Below, piece after piece: positions 1-7,731 of a DNA stretch of 64,000 nucleotides. Position 1 is the first letter of the stretch. Each line of letters starts with the position of its first letter. Below the pieces are notes generated by a model. That model had not been told where the DNA came from. It did no database searches and saw nothing but the letters and a program-made list of their open reading frames with translations. A program made the translations under genes and the position numbers. This stretch comes from Bacteroidales bacterium (GTDB lineage Bacteria; Bacteroidota; Bacteroidia; Bacteroidales; WCHB1-69), in assembly GCA_024686335.1 (NCBI GenBank), contig JAILCI010000018.1, forward strand, positions 74,652 to 138,651, in the 5' to 3' direction.

Positions 1-361
1 GAAATGGCACCCTGTCATTCGGGCAATTGGGCGTTACGGCATCCAAACAATTGGGCCCCACGATATTACCTGGCATCCCTACAACCACCAATAAATGAAT
101 ATGGTCGGGCATGACAATCCAAGATGGAATGATGATGTCATTGTGTAAGGATTCCATTTTCAATATACATTCTTGGGCCTTCTCCCCTAACATCGAAAGG
201 TGCATAATATTGGTCCCGTCATAATCTGTCATTATGCTACCAAAATAATTTTCTCGACCTTGTGTACACATGGTCACGAAATAGATTCCGCCACAGTAGT
301 CGTGCCATGCAGCACGGGCCGACGAAGTGCGATATTTGCCTTGAAACTTATCCTCTGACAT
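1..361 (-). CDS. IS200/IS605-type Y1 (HUH) transposase-like protein, RAYT-like; C-terminus runs off the left edge of the window
   Basis: Absent from the ORF track because there is no stop in the window. Hand translation of the minus strand from the ATG at 361 gives MSEDKFQGKYRTSSARAAWHDYCGGIYFVTMCTQGRENYFG...SWIVMPDHIHLLVVVG, open down to position 2. The DHIHLL HUH motif and the N-terminal KYR..SAR..W.DY pattern are typical of Bacteroidota IS200-like / REP-associated tyrosine transposase homologues. Confidence 0.7.
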   Translation of the reverse strand, partial: MSEDKFQGKYRTSSARAAWHDYCGGIYFVTMCTQGRENYFGSIMTDYDGTNIMHLSMLGEKAQECILKMESLHNDIIIPSWIVMPDHIHLLVVVGMPGNIVGPNCLDAVTPNCPNDRVPF

Positions 362-387
362 GATTTTTCATTTTATGGTTTAAGATG

Positions 388-395
388 CAAAAATA
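388..395 (-). promoter_or_regulatory. Bacteroidota-type -7 promoter box (TAnnTTTG) for the Y1 transposase-like gene
   Basis: The minus strand reads TATTTTTG (context ATGTATTTTTGC), about 26 nt upstream of the ATG at 361. Confidence 0.55.
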
Positions 396-569
396 CATAA
401 TTATATATAAAGTGCTGTATAACAGTTATTTATTTACAATCAACAGTTAAAATCAAATCAAAAAAAGAGACATAACGATTACTGTTTAGAATCAACCAAA
501 TATTTTGTCTCCTAGTTGAACAATCAAACAGTACTGATAAAGGGTTCCATTTTATTCACATAAAAAGTA

Positions 570-577
570 TATCTTTG
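570..577 (+). promoter_or_regulatory. Bacteroidota-type -7 promoter box (TAnnTTTG) for terC and the downstream GH20 gene
   Basis: TATCTTTG followed by CC, about 19 nt upstream of the ATG at 596. Confidence 0.55.
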
Positions 578-595
578 CCGCCTAATTATTCTAGC

Positions 596-1663
596 ATGAG
601 TGAGATTGTATTTCTGATTTGTTTTATCATTTTCATCTTAGGGCTACTAGCCCTTGACCTTGGTGCTTTTCATAAAACAGATCATATTATCACTTTCAAG
701 GAGTCGACCATATCAACTCTAATCTACATTGCCATCGCACTCGTCTTTTTTGTACTGATTCGGTTTAAAGGAGAAGTCATCCATGGCATACATGACAACC
801 AATCGCTTATTGAGGTGACCTCTAAATATCACGATAATATCGACATAGATCCAGACGAGTCCGCCTACCAGGAGAATTTGACTAAATATCGCAAAAACAT
901 ATCGTTGGAGTACATCACAGGCTATTTTATTGAGAAAACCCTCTCCGTAGACAACATTTTTGTGATGATTATGCTATTCCTGTCGTTTGGGGTACCAAAG
1001 CAGTACTACCACCGTGTTCTTTTCTACGGTATTCTCTTCGCCATAGTTATGCGATTAGTTTTCATCATGACCGCCTCAGCTCTGATACAACGATTCCACT
1101 GGATATTGCTAATTTTCGGTGGTTTCCTGATATATTCGGGTATCAAAATGTTTTTTGACAAAGGCAATGAGGAAACGGTAGATGTCAAGAACCACATACT
1201 TGTAAAATTTTTCACCAAACATCACCTCTGTTCTGACCATTTTGACGGCCACAATTTCTTCACACGAGTAGACGGCCGTAGACTGGTGACTCCACTCTTC
1301 ATAGTACTTCTCGTCATTGAGGTCTCTGACATCATCTTCGCTTTCGACTCAATCCCAGCTATCTTCTCCGTGACCGAAGACCCCTATATCGTATTCATGT
1401 CTAACATCTTCGCCATCTTGGGACTTCGTTCTCTATTCTTCATGCTAGAGAGTATTATGGACAAATTCGCTTATCTGAAGATTGGTGTCGCCCTCTTGCT
1501 ATCATTCATCGGTATCAAGATGATTCTGCCATTTATCTTCCATAAAAATATCATATCCACAGGCGTGTCTTTAGCCGTAATCTTAACTATTTTAGCTGGC
1601 AGTATTATACTTTCTTTACTATTTCCACCCAAGAAAAAAAACACTGAATCAATACAAAATTAA
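596..1663 (+). CDS. TerC-family integral membrane protein
   Basis: ORF 575..1663 is multi-TM and carries LSVDNIFV and FAFDSIPAIF motifs typical of TerC/Alx proteins. The track start is a TTG lying inside the -7 box, so the ATG at 596 (MSEIVF...) is preferred. Confidence 0.8.
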   Translation: MSEIVFLICFIIFILGLLALDLGAFHKTDHIITFKESTISTLIYIAIALVFFVLIRFKGEVIHGIHDNQSLIEVTSKYHDNIDIDPDESAYQENLTKYRKNISLEYITGYFIEKTLSVDNIFVMIMLFLSFGVPKQYYHRVLFYGILFAIVMRLVFIMTASALIQRFHWILLIFGGFLIYSGIKMFFDKGNEETVDVKNHILVKFFTKHHLCSDHFDGHNFFTRVDGRRLVTPLFIVLLVIEVSDIIFAFDSIPAIFSVTEDPYIVFMSNIFAILGLRSLFFMLESIMDKFAYLKIGVALLLSFIGIKMILPFIFHKNIISTGVSLAVILTILAGSIILSLLFPPKKKNTESIQN

Positions 1664-1680
1664 CCCATAAATTTTACAGT

Positions 1681-3294
1681 ATGAGATTTTTGAAGTTACT
1701 ATTTGCATTCATTGTCATGGTCATGGTTGCGCAAAGCTGCCAAAAGGCCTTGCCCGTAGTCGTTATCCCTGAGCCCACCGAATACCAGGCCAAACGTGGC
1801 AATTTCACCATCGATCAACAGACTATGCTCTGTTTTGAAAACATCACCGATGATGCCGCATTTACAAAAAATGTACGGGACCAGTTTCAGGATCACTTTG
1901 GATTCACTCCTGGCATGAGTGAGGGTAAACCTTCTAAAGGTCACTACATCCTCTTCGCCATCAATGAGAAAGAAGACGAAAAATTAGGTGAGGAGGGCTA
2001 CACAATGACCATCACACGGCGCAACATAACCGCCAAAGCAAATACGACTAAAGGTCTTTACTATGCATTCCAGACCATTCGTCAACTGACCTTCCCAAGC
2101 AAGTTGGGCGAGGGAAAAGTGGTGCAAATACCCTGTCTAAAGATGATGGATGTCCCTCGTTTTGCTTATCGCGGCACACATTTGGACGTGAGTCGTCACT
2201 TCTTCGACACAGCCTATATTAAGAAATATCTCGACCTTCTTGCCACTTATAAGATCAACAAGTTCCATTGGCATCTCACTGACGACCATGGCTGGCGGAT
2301 CGCTATCGACAAATATCCCGAGCTCACCCGAGTTGGTGCCTGGCGCCCCGAACGTGACTCTTGGGACACTTTGCATCCCGTACTACCTGACGAGCCGATG
2401 ACCTACGGTGGCTTCTACACAAAGGAGCAGATCAAAGAGATTATCGACTATGCCGCTGCCCGCTATATCGATATCATTCCTGAAATTGAGATTCCGGGCC
2501 ACTGCAGTGCTATCCTCGCAGCCTACCCGCAATTTGCCTGCGACGACTATCCCTACACCGTTGCCGTAGGTCCTTATTGGCCACCTAAGGCTATCATGTG
2601 CGCCGGCAATGACCAAGTGCTAACTTTCTATAAAGATGTATTAGCCGAAGTTGCAGACCTCTTCCCCTACCCTTACATCCACATCGGTGGCGATGAGGCC
2701 TTCAACGACAACTGGCAAGTATGTCCGAAATGTCAGGCTCGCATCCAAGAAAAAGAACTTGCCGACGAATTCAGTCTCCAACAATGGATGATGAATGAGA
2801 TTGAAGTTTATCTAAAGGAACTTGGAAAAAGCGCTATCATCTGGGACGATGTCGTTTCCGAAGATATGCAGATTTACTCCACTATCATGGGCTGGCAAGG
2901 TTATGATGCAGCTCGCATTGCTGCCAAGCATGGCAACGATGTCATCATGAGCCCTACATCTCATTGCTATTTCAACTTCTATCAGGCAGATCCAAAAACA
3001 GAACCATTGGCTATGACTGGTCTTATCACCTTGGACACTGCATATAGCTTCGATCCTATGCCAACGGGTCTTGACGAGACAGCACAACATCACATTTTAG
3101 GTGCACAATGTAACCTGTGGACTGAGTTCATCAATACACCGGAACAGGCTGACTACATGCTGCTTCCTCGTCTTTGCGCTCTTTCAGAATGTGTTTGGAC
3201 TAAACCCGAGGACAAAGACTACAAAACCTTCTTGCGCAAGCTTGACTATCATAAGCCGATGCTGAAAAAGATGGGTTACAACTGTCACCCGTAA
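1681..3294 (+). CDS. Beta-N-acetylhexosaminidase, glycoside hydrolase family 20
   Basis: 537 aa with a signal peptide ending in AQSC (lipoprotein-like). It has the GH20 catalytic-domain motifs HWHLTDDHGWR and HIGGDEA (D-E pair). It lies 17 nt after terC. Confidence 0.9.
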   Translation: MRFLKLLFAFIVMVMVAQSCQKALPVVVIPEPTEYQAKRGNFTIDQQTMLCFENITDDAAFTKNVRDQFQDHFGFTPGMSEGKPSKGHYILFAINEKEDEKLGEEGYTMTITRRNITAKANTTKGLYYAFQTIRQLTFPSKLGEGKVVQIPCLKMMDVPRFAYRGTHLDVSRHFFDTAYIKKYLDLLATYKINKFHWHLTDDHGWRIAIDKYPELTRVGAWRPERDSWDTLHPVLPDEPMTYGGFYTKEQIKEIIDYAAARYIDIIPEIEIPGHCSAILAAYPQFACDDYPYTVAVGPYWPPKAIMCAGNDQVLTFYKDVLAEVADLFPYPYIHIGGDEAFNDNWQVCPKCQARIQEKELADEFSLQQWMMNEIEVYLKELGKSAIIWDDVVSEDMQIYSTIMGWQGYDAARIAAKHGNDVIMSPTSHCYFNFYQADPKTEPLAMTGLITLDTAYSFDPMPTGLDETAQHHILGAQCNLWTEFINTPEQADYMLLPRLCALSECVWTKPEDKDYKTFLRKLDYHKPMLKKMGYNCHP

Positions 3295-3306
3295 GAAACT
3301 ATGAAG

Positions 3307-3336
3307 TTATGAAACTATTAATCTATGAAATTATGA
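3307..3336 (+). repeat. 30-nt intergenic repeat, copy A (TTATGAAACTATTAATCTATGAAATTATGA), inside an 8-nt periodic ATGAAnnT array at 3301-3340
   Basis: 28 of 30 positions are identical to 8384-8413 in the same orientation. The array reads atgaagtt atgaaact attaatct atgaaatt atgaaaga. Confidence 0.8.
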
Positions 3337-3377
3337 AAGATTAGTAGGAGTAAGAAGTTAAGAAACTAAAAAATAAG

Positions 3378-3412
3378 GGGGAAATAAAGCTTTGAAATTG
3401 CTTTATTTCCCC
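3378..3412. terminator. Bidirectional hairpin terminator between convergent GH20 (+) and FISUMP (-) genes
   Basis: A 13-bp perfect stem, GGGGAAATAAAGC (3378-3390) / GCTTTATTTCCCC (3400-3412), with a 9-nt loop. It is flanked by an A-run on the left and a T-rich tail on the right. Confidence 0.75.
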
Positions 3413-3439
3413 TTTCTCGTTGTCTTAACTGGTAAAAAA

Positions 3440-4180
3440 CTACTCGTTTTTGACGCAGCGTACGGAAGCACCTGCCTCTTTTGGTGTGCAGTTAATCTCT
3501 ACAGTAGCATTTGCGCCATAGAAACGGTGGATAGGAGCGCTTTCAGGGCTACCGTCAGAAGCAGTCCAAAAGCCGGTTTCTGTGCCATAACCGTAGAAAC
3601 CCATAAAACAGAGTCCCGCTGGCTTGACATTCATCCCCGCTTTATCGTTAGTATTAACATTCTCCAAAATACAACACGGTTGAAGATCATCAGCCACGTT
3701 GGTATCCCAATCAGACGCCGAGGCCATAGCCTTTGCCACATTATTGACATCAGTACCACAGCGCAAAGCATCGTCATAACCGACCACATCTTCCAGGTTC
3801 ATCCACTCAAAGTTGCTGGGCAAATGCCACCCGTCGGGACAGATACCCTGTACTCCACTCGGCACCTCCTCGGAGGTCTCATGGTCGCGCATGGCAGTAG
3901 CCCAAGTGTAAAGCAATCCATATTTCTGGACTAAGGATTCGTTACCATTAGGAAAAACATAGCAATGACCCGTCATAGCATTCTCATTGCCTGGCATAAG
4001 CATGGAACCGTCAGCGTAACGCGTTACTCGCAAATTCTCACGCATCCAGCACTGCTTGCCAATTATAACGGTCTGATAACGGTTGCCATCAATGTCGGTC
4101 ACAGTTCCGCAATCTGTCACCTGCTGTGCCCACATGAGGACAGGAAGCAGAAGACCCACTAATAAGATTATCTTTTTCAT
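3440..4180 (-). CDS. FISUMP-domain (Fibrobacter succinogenes major paralogous domain) secreted protein
   Basis: 246 aa with a signal peptide. The IGKQCWMRENLRVTRYADGS core and the W/G-rich C-terminal half match the TIGR02145-type pattern as I remember it. Confidence 0.7.
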   Translation of the reverse strand: MKKIILLVGLLLPVLMWAQQVTDCGTVTDIDGNRYQTVIIGKQCWMRENLRVTRYADGSMLMPGNENAMTGHCYVFPNGNESLVQKYGLLYTWATAMRDHETSEEVPSGVQGICPDGWHLPSNFEWMNLEDVVGYDDALRCGTDVNNVAKAMASASDWDTNVADDLQPCCILENVNTNDKAGMNVKPAGLCFMGFYGYGTETGFWTASDGSPESAPIHRFYGANATVEINCTPKEAGASVRCVKNE

Positions 4181-4201
4181 AATCAGAAATAAAAATCTCT
4201 A

Positions 4202-6754
4202 TTAATTGAATATCATCTCGTCACAGAAGATGTAGGAGTCGTTTCCGCGGGACATGTGCCACTGAGGTAATGGTCCAGCGTTTTTCACAACTACCTTCAC
4301 ATAACGGGATTTCATATTTAAATTATCATCTTGCAAAGTATAGACAATCGGAATGCCTGAATCGTAGTTGACATCAGGCACCTCCAATGTTTTGTGCAGT
4401 TGATAGTTCTCACCATCTTTAGAAACGAAAATCTGGACTTCCTTTGGCGACATGATCCAATCTTGTACATTCTGGAAAAAACGAGTTTTGAAGTGATTAA
4501 TAGTCGTTTTTTTACCGAAATCAAATTCCACATCGATATCGTTGCCCCAGTAACCTTGCCAGTTGCCATCATTATAGCGATCACCGCCTAGTTTGCCATC
4601 AGCCAAAGCATCTTTTCCTGCGGCAGCGTATTCGGATTTATATGTAGCATAGTTGGAGTTCAATTTCGAAATCTTGAAAAGACCTTCATGCAGCAACACA
4701 AATTGCTCTGTAACAACATCTTCACCCATCGCATTACGACTCATAGCTTTAACCAGAGCTGATTGGTTAAGCAATAATGGTTTTTCATATAAATTCTCGC
4801 CTCTCTGCGGATCGCGTCCGTCCAAAGAATAGTATATGGGCTGTGGTGCAGTCTCGTCAAAAAGAGATCTCATCAAAATATAGGTATTACCCTCTTCTGA
4901 ACGTTTCACTTCTATGAAAGGCTTGTACTGCAAGTCATTAAGTTCTTGTATAAGCGCATCGTAACGAGCCTCAACGATATCGCGGCTATAGGGTCGACAC
5001 TCCTCATCCCAGAGCTGCATATACATCATCTTAACTCTCTGTATATGTTCTGCCAACTGTGAGATTTCCATTTTAAGAGAGAATGCATCAATGACATTGT
5101 CTCTATTCAAAAAGTGGTAGAGATGCCAGCGCAAAATGTTACGTTGAGCCAACACCCACTGATGATGAGCCACATAGTATCCAATACGCGCCATAGCATT
5201 GTGACAATCATAAACAGAGTCAAAGGTAACAGCGTGGTATGCATCCAAACGACGACGGATAGTGGAACACATCTCATCATTTTTCTGATAACTTTCCTCG
5301 CTCACCTTTGTAGGATAAAAGTCGAGCAAAGGCTCATACAATGCCAAGCTATTAAAGAAATTCGGAATATAACTATACTCCATATCTCGCATCAGGCGGA
5401 AATTTTGGTCCACTACACGATACTCTTCAGCAAAGCGCTTATCAAAAGAGGCAAGGCGTTGAATACGCTCTTGATCTGCAGCCTTAGGCTCTTCCTGTTC
5501 AATGGGACGCCAAGCCATCTCTGCAGCCCAAGCCATTCCATGCCAAGTGCTGTTGAAAAGAGACTCTCCAGAGTCATCCCAAGCGGTATTCATCATGCCC
5601 ATGGCGCCACGTTTGTAGCCATCACGCGTGAGGTTGGCAATATTCTTCGTATAAGTGTCATAACTCGGGAAAACATGACCCCACATGCTCATGCCTGGAA
5701 CAACCATAAACTGCAACCCTTGACGAGTAAAGGGTTCTATCATATTGGCATAGCTGTCTGACGGAGCATAGCTCCACACGAGCATGATCATATCTTTAGG
5801 CAGTTGGCGCACAATATCGGGATCTTTGGCTGCTATATCGCCCCACATCATCACGCGCTTGCCCATTGGCTTCAAAATGTTATAGACACGATTGATGTGG
5901 TTGGCATAAACCTGAGCAGCACCGCCATGGTTTTGCACATAATCACGACCTTTGCCACTGCCCATAGCCTCAGTTTCATCACAGTTGATATTGAAATAGG
6001 GAGAAGAGTAAGCTTTAGCGACCGTCTCCAACTCATATTTGAGAAAAGCGTATGTCTTCTCATGACCTGGATTCCAGTTGTACTTGGTATCCGCCATCTC
6101 TTGGTAGAAAGGTATGCGCAAGGTCTTCTCTGCATGAGCCAAGCATTGCTGGTTACCGAAGATCTCGATGTGATATTGGGCTGCAAACTCCTCCAATTCT
6201 CGTATCTCCTCAGCTGTCAATCCGTCGGTGGGCGCTATGTCGGGATATTTGTCCAACTTGAAGACATGCTCCGTGTAGAGATTGAAGAAATTCATCTTGT
6301 ACTCGGCCAACTTGGAGATGACCTGCTTAAGGAACTTCATGTTAGGAATAGGACCACGGCTTATATCATCCATCCATCCACGGTATTTCAGCTTGGGATA
6401 GTCAACAATACGCAGACAAGGCAACGACACCTGACCGTTTTTCTGCGCATAATGTCGAGTCATCTGCTTAAGACTCAACTGGCCGTAGTAAAGGCCCAAT
6501 TCGCCGGTTGCACTAATAACAACTTTATTAGGATGTACTTCCAAAATATAACCCTGATCAGCGTTAGTATCTACCGGAAAAGAGTTGAGGATTTGTGTCT
6601 CTACCACTGGTTGACCAGAGAAGAGATACTGTCCTGATTGCATTTCAACACGTTGCGGAGAAGGTGTGATGCCCAATTCTTGAGCCGGCAAAGTCAACCA
6701 TGCCGTCATACAGAAAAGAAAGAGAATCAGAGCTTTGAATGATTTTCTATTCAT
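4202..6754 (-). CDS. GH20-like hexosaminidase with a C-terminal F5/8 type C (discoidin-like) carbohydrate-binding domain
   Basis: 850 aa with a signal peptide. There is an N-terminal GH20b-like segment and then a TIM-barrel region (RGWMDDISRGPIP, NINCDETEAMG with a D-E pair). The last ~150 aa (GNWQGYWG...VKVVVKNAG) look discoidin-like. Confidence 0.7.
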   Translation of the reverse strand: MNRKSFKALILFLFCMTAWLTLPAQELGITPSPQRVEMQSGQYLFSGQPVVETQILNSFPVDTNADQGYILEVHPNKVVISATGELGLYYGQLSLKQMTRHYAQKNGQVSLPCLRIVDYPKLKYRGWMDDISRGPIPNMKFLKQVISKLAEYKMNFFNLYTEHVFKLDKYPDIAPTDGLTAEEIRELEEFAAQYHIEIFGNQQCLAHAEKTLRIPFYQEMADTKYNWNPGHEKTYAFLKYELETVAKAYSSPYFNINCDETEAMGSGKGRDYVQNHGGAAQVYANHINRVYNILKPMGKRVMMWGDIAAKDPDIVRQLPKDMIMLVWSYAPSDSYANMIEPFTRQGLQFMVVPGMSMWGHVFPSYDTYTKNIANLTRDGYKRGAMGMMNTAWDDSGESLFNSTWHGMAWAAEMAWRPIEQEEPKAADQERIQRLASFDKRFAEEYRVVDQNFRLMRDMEYSYIPNFFNSLALYEPLLDFYPTKVSEESYQKNDEMCSTIRRRLDAYHAVTFDSVYDCHNAMARIGYYVAHHQWVLAQRNILRWHLYHFLNRDNVIDAFSLKMEISQLAEHIQRVKMMYMQLWDEECRPYSRDIVEARYDALIQELNDLQYKPFIEVKRSEEGNTYILMRSLFDETAPQPIYYSLDGRDPQRGENLYEKPLLLNQSALVKAMSRNAMGEDVVTEQFVLLHEGLFKISKLNSNYATYKSEYAAAGKDALADGKLGGDRYNDGNWQGYWGNDIDVEFDFGKKTTINHFKTRFFQNVQDWIMSPKEVQIFVSKDGENYQLHKTLEVPDVNYDSGIPIVYTLQDDNLNMKSRYVKVVVKNAGPLPQWHMSRGNDSYIFCDEMIFN

Positions 6755-7529
6755 AGTAGTCGTATTTCAGGTGTTTCACTGTTATACCCTTATTGATCAA
6801 CTGTTTAAGGGAATCAATACCGATTTGAAGATGACGCAGACTGTAGTTGCGAGTCACCTCTTTATCCGACTTCTCCGTTTTAATGCCATCGGGAAGCATC
6901 GGCTGGTCTGAAATCATCAACAGAGCGCCTGTCGGGATACGGTTGTAGAAGCCCACAGAGAAGAGAGTTGCCGTTTCCATATCGACAGCGGTAGCACGAA
7001 TGCGACGCAAATAGTCCTTGAACTCCTGATCATGCTCCCAGACACGACGGTTTGTGGTATATACAGTGCCTGTCCAGTAGTCGAGACCATAGTCGCGGAT
7101 AGTAGTAGAGATGGCCTTTTCCATGTTGAAGGCAGGAAGTGCTGGCACTTCAGGAGGAAAATAATCGTTGGAGGTACCTTCACCGCGTATACCAGCGATA
7201 GGCAGCAAAAGCTCTCCCAACCCGATATTATCTTTCAAGCTGCCACATTTTCCTAGGAAAAGTACAGCTTTAGGATTAATAGCAGTTAGTAGATCCATAA
7301 TAGTTGCCGCATTAGGACTACCCATCGTGAAATTGATGATAGTGATCCCATCGGCTGTGGCGGACCTCATGGGATGGCCCTCGCCTTTGACCTCCACATT
7401 CATCAACTCGGAAAATTTTGTCAGGTAATCGCCAAAATTGGTCAACAGTATATAACGTCCAAACTCTTCCAATTGCATACCCGTATAGCGGGGCAGCCAA
7501 TTCTTTACAATTTCATCTTTCGTATGCAT
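6747..7529 (-). CDS. amn: AMP nucleosidase (short Bacteroidota form, PNP/UDP phosphorylase fold)
   Basis: 260 aa. The N-terminus KDEIVKNWLPRYTG, ITIINFTMGSPNAATIMDLL and DMETATLF are typical of the family. Its stop overlaps the start of the downstream GH20-like gene by 8 nt. Confidence 0.75.
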   Translation of the reverse strand: MHTKDEIVKNWLPRYTGMQLEEFGRYILLTNFGDYLTKFSELMNVEVKGEGHPMRSATADGITIINFTMGSPNAATIMDLLTAINPKAVLFLGKCGSLKDNIGLGELLLPIAGIRGEGTSNDYFPPEVPALPAFNMEKAISTTIRDYGLDYWTGTVYTTNRRVWEHDQEFKDYLRRIRATAVDMETATLFSVGFYNRIPTGALLMISDQPMLPDGIKTEKSDKEVTRNYSLRHLQIGIDSLKQLINKGITVKHLKYDYYE

Positions 7530-7550
7530 AATAATTCAAAAAATATTGTG

Positions 7551-7558
7551 CAAAAATA
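7551..7558 (-). promoter_or_regulatory. Bacteroidota-type -7 promoter box for amn and the GH20-like operon
   Basis: The minus strand reads TATTTTTG, about 21 nt upstream of the ATG at 7529. Confidence 0.55.
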
Positions 7559-7584
7559 GGATTTTTGTTGAAATGAGGAAATGG

Positions 7585-7616
7585 ATTGTTGTATTGTTGA
7601 GTTGTTGAATTGTTTG
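7585..7616. repeat. Tandem octamer array, ATTGTTGW x4
   Basis: attgttgt attgttga gttgttga attgtttg, four contiguous 8-nt units in the intergenic spacer. Confidence 0.8.
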
Positions 7617-7667
7617 AAAGTATCTTCTAAAAAGCCAACAAGCAATTAACAAACAAAATAATACAAT

Positions 7668-7694
7668 TTTGCGGTCACAAATTGTGACCGCAAA
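7668..7694 (-). terminator. Perfect 27-nt palindrome; probable terminator of the nitroreductase gene (or an operator)
   Basis: TTTGCGGTCACAA-A-TTGTGACCGCAAA has 13-nt arms centred on 7681. It lies 38 nt downstream of the stop at 7732 and is followed on the minus strand by a T-rich tail. Confidence 0.6.
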
Positions 7695-7731
7695 TACCAT
7701 TCAGAAGCAAATCGAAAACAAAGCATCGGGA

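Noticed and set aside
363-595. Possible yybP-ykoY (Mn2+) riboswitch upstream of terC, as is common for TerC genes
   Set aside because: The -7 promoter box lies only about 19 nt before the ATG, so there is no room for a leader. I also could not find the conserved GGGGAGUAG / UUGACA-type cores in the spacer.
1634-1641. A8 homopolymer inside terC as a possible phase-variation switch
   Set aside because: It encodes the KKK of the extreme C-terminal tail (last ~10 residues). A frameshift there would barely change the protein.
5804-6637. 277-aa ORF on the plus strand, and the neighbouring 5114-5761 ORF
   Set aside because: Both are antisense to the 850-aa GH20-like gene. Likewise 15607-16305 (antisense to the PLP enzyme), 19309-20070 (antisense to PBP1A), 11710-12345 (antisense to ugd), 60319-60873 (antisense to the glycogen-synthase-like gene), and 3392-3934, 29089-29658 and 34544-34981 (antisense to the FISUMP and MORN genes).
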